A stretch of 48,917 bases of DNA, from contig CANPFO010000005.1 in the NCBI GenBank assembly GCA_947573555.1, positions 1 through 48,917 of the forward strand, written 5' to 3'. The position numbers were made by a program, and so were the translations under genes. This DNA is from an uncultured Clostridium sp. Lineage in GTDB: Bacteria > Bacillota > Clostridia > TANB77 > CAG-508. The stretch's first letter is position 1. Every line of letters starts with the position of its first letter. The notes beneath the pieces were generated by a model. That model had not been told where the DNA came from, did no database searches, and saw only the letters and a program-made list of their open reading frames with translations. Positions 40,468 through 48,917 of this stretch are shown one piece after another.

Positions 40468-41175
40468 ATGAAAGAAGCTTTAGCATTGTTTTCAGGAGGA
40501 AAAGATTCTTTTTTGGCAACTTTATTAATGATAGAAAAAGGATATAAAGTCAATCTTGTTACTTATGAAAATGGATGTGGATTAAAAGCAACTAATGCAT
40601 TACATACTGCCAAAAGAATACTAAAAAAATATGGAAAAGAAAAAGTTAATATTATAGGAATAAAAAATACAGAATCAATATGGAGAGAGTTCATATATCC
40701 ATATTATAATTTGAAAACAAGTGATATTTTAGAATTATATGGAGAAGTTCCAATATCTCAATTTAATTGTTTATCATGTAGAATGGCAATGTATGTGGTG
40801 TCTATAATTATATGCCTTAAAAATAATATTGATACAGTTGTTGATGGAGCTAGAAAAAGTCAATTATTTGCAATAGAGCAAAATGAATTATTAGAAAGAT
40901 TTGAAAAACTTTTTAAAGAATATAATATAAAAATGATGTATCCATTAAAAGATTTCGAAGATGATTATGAATTAAAAAATCAATTACTAATAAGAGGATT
41001 TGTACCTAAAACGATAGAGCCTCAATGCTTATTAGGATTACCATTGAAAAAAGATGAAATAGATAATGAAATAATAAGTTCAATTTTAAATGTATATGAA
41101 AAATTATTAAAAGATAAATCTAAAAATTTAATACAAAAATATAGAAATATAGAAATATCAGGAGAATATATATAA
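40468..41175 (+). CDS. PP-loop ATP pyrophosphatase (QueC/MnmA-like superfamily), substrate unknown
   Basis: ALALFSGGKDS PP-loop, CLSC and VVDG. Confidence 0.75.
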   Translation: MKEALALFSGGKDSFLATLLMIEKGYKVNLVTYENGCGLKATNALHTAKRILKKYGKEKVNIIGIKNTESIWREFIYPYYNLKTSDILELYGEVPISQFNCLSCRMAMYVVSIIICLKNNIDTVVDGARKSQLFAIEQNELLERFEKLFKEYNIKMMYPLKDFEDDYELKNQLLIRGFVPKTIEPQCLLGLPLKKDEIDNEIISSILNVYEKLLKDKSKNLIQKYRNIEISGEYI

Positions 41176-41681
41176 TGGATAATAGAAGCACAAAGTTTGT
41201 ATTAGTACCATTTTGTTTAATGGCACAAGCATATCAAGCGCAAGGAATTGTAAAATATGAATGGAAAGCATCAATCAAACCTTTTATGGAATTGTTGATT
41301 GAAAATAACATTAATATTATTCAAATGCCTTGTGCAGAAGCAACTTATAATAATAGTTTAATACGAGAACCAAAAGGGATAAAAAAATACGATACAAAAG
41401 AATTTAATGAACATTGTGAAATTCTAGCAACTCAAGTTGCAACTCAAATTGAAAATATTTGTAAAAATGGATATGAAATATTAGCTATTTTAGGAATAGA
41501 ACAATCACCATCTTGTTGTGTAAACTACATATACACTAACAATGGAATGGAAAATAGAAAAGGCTTATTTATTGAAAAATTATATGAAAAAATAAAACAA
41601 TTCAATATACCAATAATAGGAATAAATAGAAAGTACATAAATAAATCGTTAAAAATGTTAAAAGATATAATAGAAATGTGA
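41175..41681 (+). CDS. DUF523/TudS-related putative desulfidase
   Basis: PFCL, QMPCAE and GIEQSPSC resemble the C, CPE and SPSC cysteine ligands of DUF523. Also contains GLFI. Confidence 0.65.
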   Translation: MDNRSTKFVLVPFCLMAQAYQAQGIVKYEWKASIKPFMELLIENNINIIQMPCAEATYNNSLIREPKGIKKYDTKEFNEHCEILATQVATQIENICKNGYEILAILGIEQSPSCCVNYIYTNNGMENRKGLFIEKLYEKIKQFNIPIIGINRKYINKSLKMLKDIIEM

Positions 41682-41854
41682 CAAAAAGGGATGCTCCTAA
41701 TGCTACTTAAGTTAAGGTTAATGGCAATAATATATTAATATTTGAAGTCAAAGACCCATAGGTAGACCCTAGCTATGTTTTTGACAAAAATATTAATATA
41801 TTATTGCCATTAACCTTAACTTAAGTAGCATTAGGAGCATCCACTTTTGGCACA
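41677..41854. mobile_element. 178-bp palindromic element with TGTGAC/GGCACA ends, perfect 55-bp arms and the 39-bp core
   Basis: 41689-41743 is the exact reverse complement of 41788-41842. The core is at 41747-41785. Confidence 0.85.
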
Positions 41855-41874
41855 CTTTAAGAAAGAAGAAAGAT

Positions 41875-42931
41875 ATGGAAAATAAAAGAGTATTAATTCG
41901 GAATGAGTGGAGGTGTTGATAGCTCAGTATCAGCATTATTATTGAAAGAACAAGGATATGAGCCAATAGGAACAACACTAGAACTATTTGCAGGAAGCAG
42001 TTGTTGTAATACAAATACATATATGGATGCCAAAAATGTATGTAATTCTTTAGAGATACCACACTTTATATACAATTGTAAAGAAACATTTAAAAAAAAT
42101 GTAATAGAAGATTTTATAAATTGTTATAAAAATTGCAAAACACCAAATCCATGTATAGAATGCAATAAACATATGAAATTTGGATTTATGTGGGAAAAAG
42201 CAAAAGAATTAAATTGCAATTATATAGCAACAGGACATTATGCAAAAACTGAATATAGTGATAAATATCAAAGATGGGTATTAAAAAAGTCAGAAGCGGG
42301 AAAAAAAGACCAAAGCTATGTTTTATGGAGCATACCTAAAGAACTAATAGAACATATAATATTTCCATTATCAGATTTTGAGGACAAAGAGCAAATAAGA
42401 GAGATAGCAAGAAAAAATAATTTAAAAGTAGCCAATAAACCAGATAGTGAAGATATATGTTTTATTCCAGATGGAAATTATAAAAAATTTTTAGAAACTA
42501 ATTCGAATATTAAACCAAAAAAAGGAAACATTGTTAATAAAAGAGGCGAAATTCTAGGAAAGCATACAGGACTATATAATTATACAATAGGACAAAGGAA
42601 AGGACTTGGAATAGCATATAAAGTTCCTCTATTTGTATTAGGATTTAATCCAAGTAATAATGAAGTAATTGTTGGAGAAGAAAAAGAATTATATACAAAA
42701 AATATTAAAGTAACTGATATAAATTTATTATTAGTAGATGAAATAAAAGAGCCAATGTATGTAGATGTAAAAACAAGATATTCTTCAAAATCAGCAAAAG
42801 CAATAATAATGCAAAATAAAAATGAAATATATGTAGAGTTTGAAGAACCACAAAGAGCTATAACACCAGGGCAATCAGCAGTGTTTTATATTGAAGACAT
42901 TGTACTTGGTGGAGGGAAAATAATATTATAA
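41875..42931 (+). CDS. mnmA: tRNA 2-thiouridine(34) synthase, interrupted by a +1 frameshift at CGG-A (41899)
   Basis: MENKRVLI from ATG 41875, then the +1 frame gives GMSGGVDSS, TPNPCIECN, ATGHY, KDQSY, TIGQRKG and ITPGQ. Confidence 0.93.
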
Positions 42932-42949
42932 AAGAAAGAGATAAAAACT

Positions 42950-45340
42950 ATGAAAAAAATAAAGTTTGATATTCAAGGAATGACATGTAGTAGTTGCTCT
43001 GCACATGTCGAAAGGGCAGTAAAAAAATTAAATGGAATACAAAGGGTAAATGTAAATTTGCTTTCAAACAATATGATAGTAGAATATGATGAAAATCAAA
43101 TAAATAATCAAAATATCATACAAACAGTAATAGATGCAGGATATTCAGCAAAAGTGTCAAACGAAGAGAAAACAAAAGTAAATAATAATGAACAAATACA
43201 AAAAATGAAAGTAAGATTAATAATTTCCATATGTTTTTTAATACCACTAATGTTTATAGCGATGAATCATTCGTTAGGAGAAAAATTTACTGCTTTACAA
43301 CTTATGTTATTAGTTCCAATAGTATATGTAAATAGAAACTATTTTATAGTTGGAATTAAAAGACTATTAAAAGGTACACCTAATATGGATTCATTAGTTG
43401 CAATAGGAAGTGGAGCAGCAATTACATATGGAATTTTTAATACAGAATTATATTTTGAATCAGCAGGAATGATACTTACTCTAATTACAGTTGGAAAATA
43501 TTTGGAAACAAAATCAAAAGGAAAAACAAGTGAAGCAATTAGCAAACTAATGAATTTAGCACCTAAAACTGCATTAGTTGTAAGAGATGGAAAAGAGCAA
43601 CAAATTAATATAGAAGAGATAAAAATAGATGATATTGTAGTTATAAAACCAGGAGGAAATATTCCTGTTGATGGAACTATAATAGAAGGAAATACAAGTA
43701 TAGACCAATCTAGTATAACTGGAGAGAGTATTCCAGTAGAGAAGACGATAGGAGACAATATTATTTCTGGAACAATTAACAAAAATGGTTCTATAAAAAT
43801 AAAAGCAACCAAAGTTGGAAATGACACGACATTATCGCAAATTATAAAATTAGTACAAGAAGCAAGCAATTCTAAAGCACCAATATCAAGACTAGCAGAT
43901 AAAGTAAGTGGGATATTTGTACCAATTGTTATTTGTATAGCAATAATTGCAACAATATTTTGGATTATACAAGGCCAATCTTTTGAATTTGCATTAAGTA
44001 TAGGAATAGCAGTTTTAGTAATTTCTTGCCCATGTGCATTGGGATTAGCAACACCAGTAGCAATTATGGTAGGTACTGGAAAAGCAGCACAAAATGGAAT
44101 ATTAATAAAATCAGCAGAAAGCCTAGAATTATTACATTTAATAGATACAGTAGTTTTAGATAAAACAGGAACTATAACTCAAGGAAAGCCAGAAGTAACA
44201 GATATTATTAGTTTAATAGATGAGAAAGAGCTATTAACTATTGCTAGTAGTTTAGAAAAAGAATCCGAACATCCATTAGCAGAAGCGGTAATTCAAAAGG
44301 CAGAAAACACAGAAAAATTAAAAGTAGAAAATTTTAAGACTATTCCTGGAAGAGGAGTTAAAGGAACAATTAAAGAAATTAATTACTTTGGTGGAAATAT
44401 TCAATTAATGAAAGAAAATAATATTCATATAGGATACATTACAAACCAAACTAATAAATTAGAAGAACAAGGAAAAACAATTTTATACTTTTCTAATAAC
44501 AAAGAAGTTATTGGAATAATAGCAGTAGCTGATACAATAAAAGAAACAAGTTATCAAGCTATAAAAGAATTAAAAAATAGAAATATAGATATAGTAATGC
44601 TTACTGGAGACAACAAAACAGTTGCAAAAACAATTGGAGAAAAATTACAAGTAGATAAAGTTATATCAGAAGTTTTACCACAAGACAAAGAAAGAGAAGT
44701 AGCAAGATTACAAGGACAAGGAAGAAAAGTAGCATTTGTAGGTGATGGAATAAATGATAGTCCAGCTTTAGTAAAAGCAGATGTAGGATTAGCAATTGCT
44801 GCAGGAACAGATATAGCAGTAGAGTCAGCAGATGTAGTTTTAATGAAAAACAGTTTATTAGATGTAGTAACAGCAATAAGTTTAAGCAAAGCAGTTATAA
44901 AAAATATAAAAATGAATTTATTTTGGGCATTCTTTTATAATATTGTAGGAATACCAGTAGCAGCAGGAGTATTTTATCTAAGCATAGGATTGAAATTAAA
45001 TCCAATGATTGGAGCTGCTGCAATGAGCTTTAGCTCAGTATGTGTTGTTGCAAATGCATTAAGACTTAGAAAATTTAAAAGTAATTATAATAATTGTGAA
45101 CTTAAATGTCCATATAAATATGAGGAGGAGAAAAAAATGAATAAGAAAATAGTAAATATAGAAGGAATGCAATGTAATCATTGCAAAATGAGTGTTGAAA
45201 AGGCATTAATGACAATAGAAGGAGTACAAAAAGTAGAAGTAAATTTAGAAAACAAGAATGCAATAATAGAGTTTGAAAATGAAATTAACGAAAATAAAAT
45301 TAAAGAAGTAATTGAAGAAGTTGGATTTAAAATTGTTTAA
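42950..45340 (+). CDS. copA: Copper-translocating P1B-type ATPase with N- and C-terminal HMA domains
   Basis: GMTCSSC, CPCALGLATP, DKTGT, YN, MSFSS and a C-terminal GMQCNHC. Confidence 0.92.
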   Translation: MKKIKFDIQGMTCSSCSAHVERAVKKLNGIQRVNVNLLSNNMIVEYDENQINNQNIIQTVIDAGYSAKVSNEEKTKVNNNEQIQKMKVRLIISICFLIPLMFIAMNHSLGEKFTALQLMLLVPIVYVNRNYFIVGIKRLLKGTPNMDSLVAIGSGAAITYGIFNTELYFESAGMILTLITVGKYLETKSKGKTSEAISKLMNLAPKTALVVRDGKEQQINIEEIKIDDIVVIKPGGNIPVDGTIIEGNTSIDQSSITGESIPVEKTIGDNIISGTINKNGSIKIKATKVGNDTTLSQIIKLVQEASNSKAPISRLADKVSGIFVPIVICIAIIATIFWIIQGQSFEFALSIGIAVLVISCPCALGLATPVAIMVGTGKAAQNGILIKSAESLELLHLIDTVVLDKTGTITQGKPEVTDIISLIDEKELLTIASSLEKESEHPLAEAVIQKAENTEKLKVENFKTIPGRGVKGTIKEINYFGGNIQLMKENNIHIGYITNQTNKLEEQGKTILYFSNNKEVIGIIAVADTIKETSYQAIKELKNRNIDIVMLTGDNKTVAKTIGEKLQVDKVISEVLPQDKEREVARLQGQGRKVAFVGDGINDSPALVKADVGLAIAAGTDIAVESADVVLMKNSLLDVVTAISLSKAVIKNIKMNLFWAFFYNIVGIPVAAGVFYLSIGLKLNPMIGAAAMSFSSVCVVANALRLRKFKSNYNNCELKCPYKYEEEKKMNKKIVNIEGMQCNHCKMSVEKALMTIEGVQKVEVNLENKNAIIEFENEINENKIKEVIEEVGFKIV

Positions 45341-45367
45341 ACTATTATGATAAAAAGGATGAATAAA

Positions 45368-46045
45368 ATGCAAAATAAATTTTCAAGAACAGAAATGTTA
45401 ATAGGGAAAGAAGCAATAAAAAAGTTGCAAAATTCAAAAGTAGCTATATTTGGAATAGGTGGAGTAGGCTCTTATGTAGTTGAAGCATTAGCAAGAGTAG
45501 GAATAGGAAAATTTATATTAGTAGATAAAGACATAGTAGACGAAACAAATATAAATAGACAAATAATAGCAACTAAAAAAACAATAGGAATCTCAAAAGT
45601 AGAAGTTGCCAAAACAAGAATTTTAGAGATAAATCCAAATGCAAAAGTAGAAACATATCAAGAATTTTTTATGCCAGAAAGTAAAGATATAATAGATAAT
45701 ACTGTCAACTATATAGTAGATGCAGTAGATACAGTAACAGCAAAAATCGAATTAGTGATACGAGCAAACAAAGCAAATATTCCTATTATATCTAGTATGG
45801 GAACAGGAAATAAATTAGATGCAACAAAATTTGAAGTTACAGATATATATAAGACAAGTGTATGTCCATTAGCAAAAGTTATGAGAAAAGAACTAAAAAA
45901 TAGAGGAATAAAGAAATTAAAAGTAGTTTATTCAAAAGAAGAGCCTATAAAACAACAGGGAAGAACACCTGGAAGTATATCGTTTGTACCATCAGTTGCA
46001 GGGCTAATTTTAGCAGGAGAAGTAATAAAAGATATAATAAAATAG
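45368..46045 (+). CDS. tcdA: tRNA threonylcarbamoyladenosine dehydratase (ThiF family)
   Basis: GIGGVGS, TNINRQ, SSMGTGNK, CPLAKVMR and VVYSKE motifs. Confidence 0.9.
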   Translation: MQNKFSRTEMLIGKEAIKKLQNSKVAIFGIGGVGSYVVEALARVGIGKFILVDKDIVDETNINRQIIATKKTIGISKVEVAKTRILEINPNAKVETYQEFFMPESKDIIDNTVNYIVDAVDTVTAKIELVIRANKANIPIISSMGTGNKLDATKFEVTDIYKTSVCPLAKVMRKELKNRGIKKLKVVYSKEEPIKQQGRTPGSISFVPSVAGLILAGEVIKDIIK

Positions 46046-46056
46046 GAGGCAAAATA

Positions 46057-47307
46057 ATGACCAATAAAGAAATATTAGAAAAAGCGAATTATTGTGCAAG
46101 TTGTATAAAAAAACCATGCAGACAAGGGTGCCCACTTAATAATGATATAACAGGATTTATAAAACTTATAAAAGAAGAAAAATATAAAGAAGCATATCAA
46201 TTATTAACAGAGACAACAGTATTATCAGCTATTTGCGGAAAAATATGTCCACATGAAAAACAATGTAAAGGAAGTTGCGTAAAAAGAATAGCATTTACAC
46301 CAGTAGAAATAGGCGATTTAGAATCATTTATAGGAGACATGGCAATAAAAAATGGTTGGAACATAACAGAAGAAAAAATAATAAAAGGAAATAAAAAAGT
46401 AGCAGTAGTAGGAGGAGGACCTTCTGGACTTACTTGTGCAGCTTTTTTAGCTAAAAATGGAGTTAATGTTACTATATATGAAAAACATAATTATTTAGGA
46501 GGCATATTGCAACACGGAATACCAGAATTTAGGCTAGATAAGAAACTTGTAAATGAGGTGATTCAAAAAATACTAGATTTAGGAATAGAAACTAAATTAA
46601 ACCAAGAATTAGGAAAAGACTTTAGTATACAAGAATTAGAAAAAAAATATGATGCAATATTTTTGGGATTTGGGGCAAATATTTCAAGCAAAATGAGAAT
46701 TGAAGGCGAAGAATTGCAAGGAGTATATGGTGGAAATGAACTATTAGAAAATGGAAACCATCCAGATTATGTTGGTAAAACAGTAGTTGTAAGTGGTGGT
46801 GGAAATGTAGCAATGGATGTTTCAAGAACTATAAAAAAAATGGGAGCAAAAAGAGTAATTGTTATATATAGAAGAAGTGAAAAAGAAATGCCAGCAGAAA
46901 GGAAAGAATTATTAGAAGCACAAGAAGAAGGCATAGAATTCTTATTTCAAAATAATATTTTAAAAATATTAGGAGATAAAAAGGTACAAAAAATTGAGTG
47001 TATAAAAACGGAGTTAAAATCAAAAGAAGGAGAAAATAGATTAAGTCCTGTTAATATAGATGGAACTAATTACTATATAGATGCTGATTATGTAATAATG
47101 GCTATTGGTTCAAATGTTGAAGAAGATATTACAAGTACATTAGGCTTAGAGTTAAGTAGTAATGGAAAAATACATATAGATGATAATGGAAAGACTTCAA
47201 AGAAAAATATTTTTTCTGGTGGAGATGTAGCAGGAACAAAAAGTACAGTTGCATGGGCAGCTAGAGCTGGTAGAAATGCAGCATATTCTATTCTGGAATC
47301 CTTTTAA
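46057..47307 (+). CDS. GltD/PreT/NfnB-like Fe-S FAD NAD(P)H oxidoreductase
   Basis: CxxCxxxPCxxxCP, CGKICP, GGGPSG, GIPEFRL and GGGNVAMD motifs. Confidence 0.88.
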   Translation: MTNKEILEKANYCASCIKKPCRQGCPLNNDITGFIKLIKEEKYKEAYQLLTETTVLSAICGKICPHEKQCKGSCVKRIAFTPVEIGDLESFIGDMAIKNGWNITEEKIIKGNKKVAVVGGGPSGLTCAAFLAKNGVNVTIYEKHNYLGGILQHGIPEFRLDKKLVNEVIQKILDLGIETKLNQELGKDFSIQELEKKYDAIFLGFGANISSKMRIEGEELQGVYGGNELLENGNHPDYVGKTVVVSGGGNVAMDVSRTIKKMGAKRVIVIYRRSEKEMPAERKELLEAQEEGIEFLFQNNILKILGDKKVQKIECIKTELKSKEGENRLSPVNIDGTNYYIDADYVIMAIGSNVEEDITSTLGLELSSNGKIHIDDNGKTSKKNIFSGGDVAGTKSTVAWAARAGRNAAYSILESF

Positions 47308-47518
47308 ACTTTTCCATTAGTTAACCTAGCTTATCTATATAGATATCCATCCTTCCAATTGCGCATCACTTTATTTTAATATATATTGCAAATTAGGCTG
47401 ACCAAATAACGACATTCGAAAAATGCGAAAGCTTGAAAGGGGATTTTTTGCTTGACATTTTTGAAGTAGTATGTGAAAATGATAAAGAAATTAACACAAA
47501 GAAGGGAAGAAAAATAAA

Positions 47519-47986
47519 ATGGAAAAAATAAGAGGATTTGAAGTAGCAAAAGGATTTGAAGACAAAGGAGTAAATTTACCAATAAGAAAAACAAAGTATT
47601 CAGCAGGATATGATATAGAAGCTATAGAAGATACGATAATACCAAGCTTTAAAAAAGGAGATGCACCAACATTAGTAAAAACAGGGTTAAAAGCATATAT
47701 GCAAGATGATGAAATGCTATTATTATATAATAGAAGTTCTAATCCAAAGAAAAAAGGTTTAATATTAGCAAATAGTGTGGGAGTTGTTGACAAAGATTAT
47801 TACGAAAATCAAGATAATGATGGGCATATAATGTTTGCATTTTATAATATAAAAGAGGAAGAAACAATTATAAAAAAAGGTGAAGCAATAGGTCAAGCTA
47901 TTTTTCAAAAATATTTAGTAGTAGATAATGATGTTGCAGAAGGAGAAAGAGTAGGAGGATTTGGTTCTACAACAAAAAATAATTAA
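47519..47986 (+). CDS. dut: Trimeric dUTPase
   Basis: SAGYD, RSS, GVVDKDY and RVGGFGST motifs. Confidence 0.95.
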   Translation: MEKIRGFEVAKGFEDKGVNLPIRKTKYSAGYDIEAIEDTIIPSFKKGDAPTLVKTGLKAYMQDDEMLLLYNRSSNPKKKGLILANSVGVVDKDYYENQDNDGHIMFAFYNIKEEETIIKKGEAIGQAIFQKYLVVDNDVAEGERVGGFGSTTKNN

Positions 47987-48072
47987 AAAATATTTTTGAA
48001 GAGAAAACCTATAAACATACAGATACAAGGAATTGAAGGTTAAATAATACATAAAAAGTCAAAATAAAATGT

Positions 48073-48101
48073 TTGACTTTTTAGTTTTTTTATAGTATAA
48101 T
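48073..48101 (+). promoter_or_regulatory. Putative sigma-A promoter of carD
   Basis: TTGACT-17 bp-TATAAT. Confidence 0.65.
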
Positions 48102-48231
48102 AGAAATGGTTAAAAAATCCAATAAAGTTACTATATTTTGACATAACTTTATAATATTTTTTTGCTGAAAATACATTTATAGATTAAGAAAATATATGTA
48201 TGAAGAACAATGCGGAAAGGAGTTGGCTTAC

Positions 48232-48789
48232 ATGTTTAGTGTAGGAGACAAAATAGTATACCCAATGCATGGTGCGGGGACAATAGATTCAATAGAAGAA
48301 AAAGATATATTAGGTGAGAAACAATCATATTATATCTTAAAAATGCCAAGTAACGTAAAAGTAATGATACCAACAGCAAAAGCAGAAGAAGTAGGCGTAA
48401 GAAATATAATAGATAAACAATCAGCAGAAAAAGTGTTTAAAGTACTTAGCGAAGATGAAACCGAAATGGAAAAGAATTGGAACAAAAGATATAGAGATAA
48501 TATGGATAAAATGAAAAGTGGAGACATATATGAAGTGGCTGATGTAGTTAGAAACTTAAGTTTTAAACAAAAAGAAAAAGGACTTTCAACAGGTGAAAAG
48601 AAAATGTTAAATAATGCTAAACAAATTTTAATAAGTGAATTAGTTTTAGCAGAACATGCTAACCAAGATGAGGTTGAACAACAAATTGAAAATAAAATAA
48701 ATACATCTTTTATGACATTTAGAACAGAAGGAATAGAACAACAAAGTATTGTTAATAAATTTATTCCGTATGATGGAACAAATTCATAA
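48232..48789 (+). CDS. carD: CarD family transcriptional regulator
   Basis: FSVGDKIVYPMHGAG, WNKRYR and GLSTGEK motifs. AAGGAG RBS. Confidence 0.93.
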   Translation: MFSVGDKIVYPMHGAGTIDSIEEKDILGEKQSYYILKMPSNVKVMIPTAKAEEVGVRNIIDKQSAEKVFKVLSEDETEMEKNWNKRYRDNMDKMKSGDIYEVADVVRNLSFKQKEKGLSTGEKKMLNNAKQILISELVLAEHANQDEVEQQIENKINTSFMTFRTEGIEQQSIVNKFIPYDGTNS

Positions 48790-48796
48790 AATCAAT

Positions 48797-48826
48797 AAAA
48801 GGAGCTAAAATTATTTAGCTCCTTTT
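48797..48826 (+). terminator. Rho-independent terminator after carD
   Basis: aaaaggagctaaa/tttagctcctttt stem. Confidence 0.8.
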
Positions 48827-48917
48827 GAGTATGTTTTTAACTATAAAATTAATTTTTTTATAAAAATATAGGTTTAAAATAGATATGTCACAAGTAGATT
48901 GAAAATAAAATATTGAA

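Noticed and set aside
266-48527. Numerous minus-strand ORFs rich in F/L/S/I
   Set aside because: They are antisense shadows of A-rich + strand genes or repeats, with no recognisable motifs. Only 29534-30076 is retained.

Overview
A very AT-rich, purine-skewed bacterial chromosome segment of Clostridia/Firmicutes type, with all but one gene on the + strand. It contains housekeeping genes: mutL, miaA, sepF, divIVA, rsmD, ftsK/spoIIIE, a beta-CASP nuclease, a GH15 glucoamylase, gap-pgk-tpi-gpmI, the GGGtGRT pair, metK, an ABC exporter, a cadC-like/HMA/cadA-like unit, mscL, a DtxR-led sufCBDSU operon, mnmA, copA, tcdA, a GltD-like oxidoreductase, dut and carD. I saw no tRNA, rRNA, CRISPR array or transposase. 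Two signals stand out. (1) Two unrelated genes, mnmA and an HlyD-like membrane protein gene, are broken by the same +1 shift at an in-frame CGG-A. Skipping the C restores a GGA Gly codon, which suggests CGG-triggered +1 recoding or four-base decoding, though an assembly error is not excluded. (2) A nested family of non-coding palindromic elements is present. It includes ~30-bp GGGAC-loop REP-like hairpins at stop codons, long palindromes with 55-74 bp arms, and two 161-bp MITE-like elements with 8-bp flanking duplications. Three of the long elements share a 39-bp asymmetric core with a covarying closing stem.
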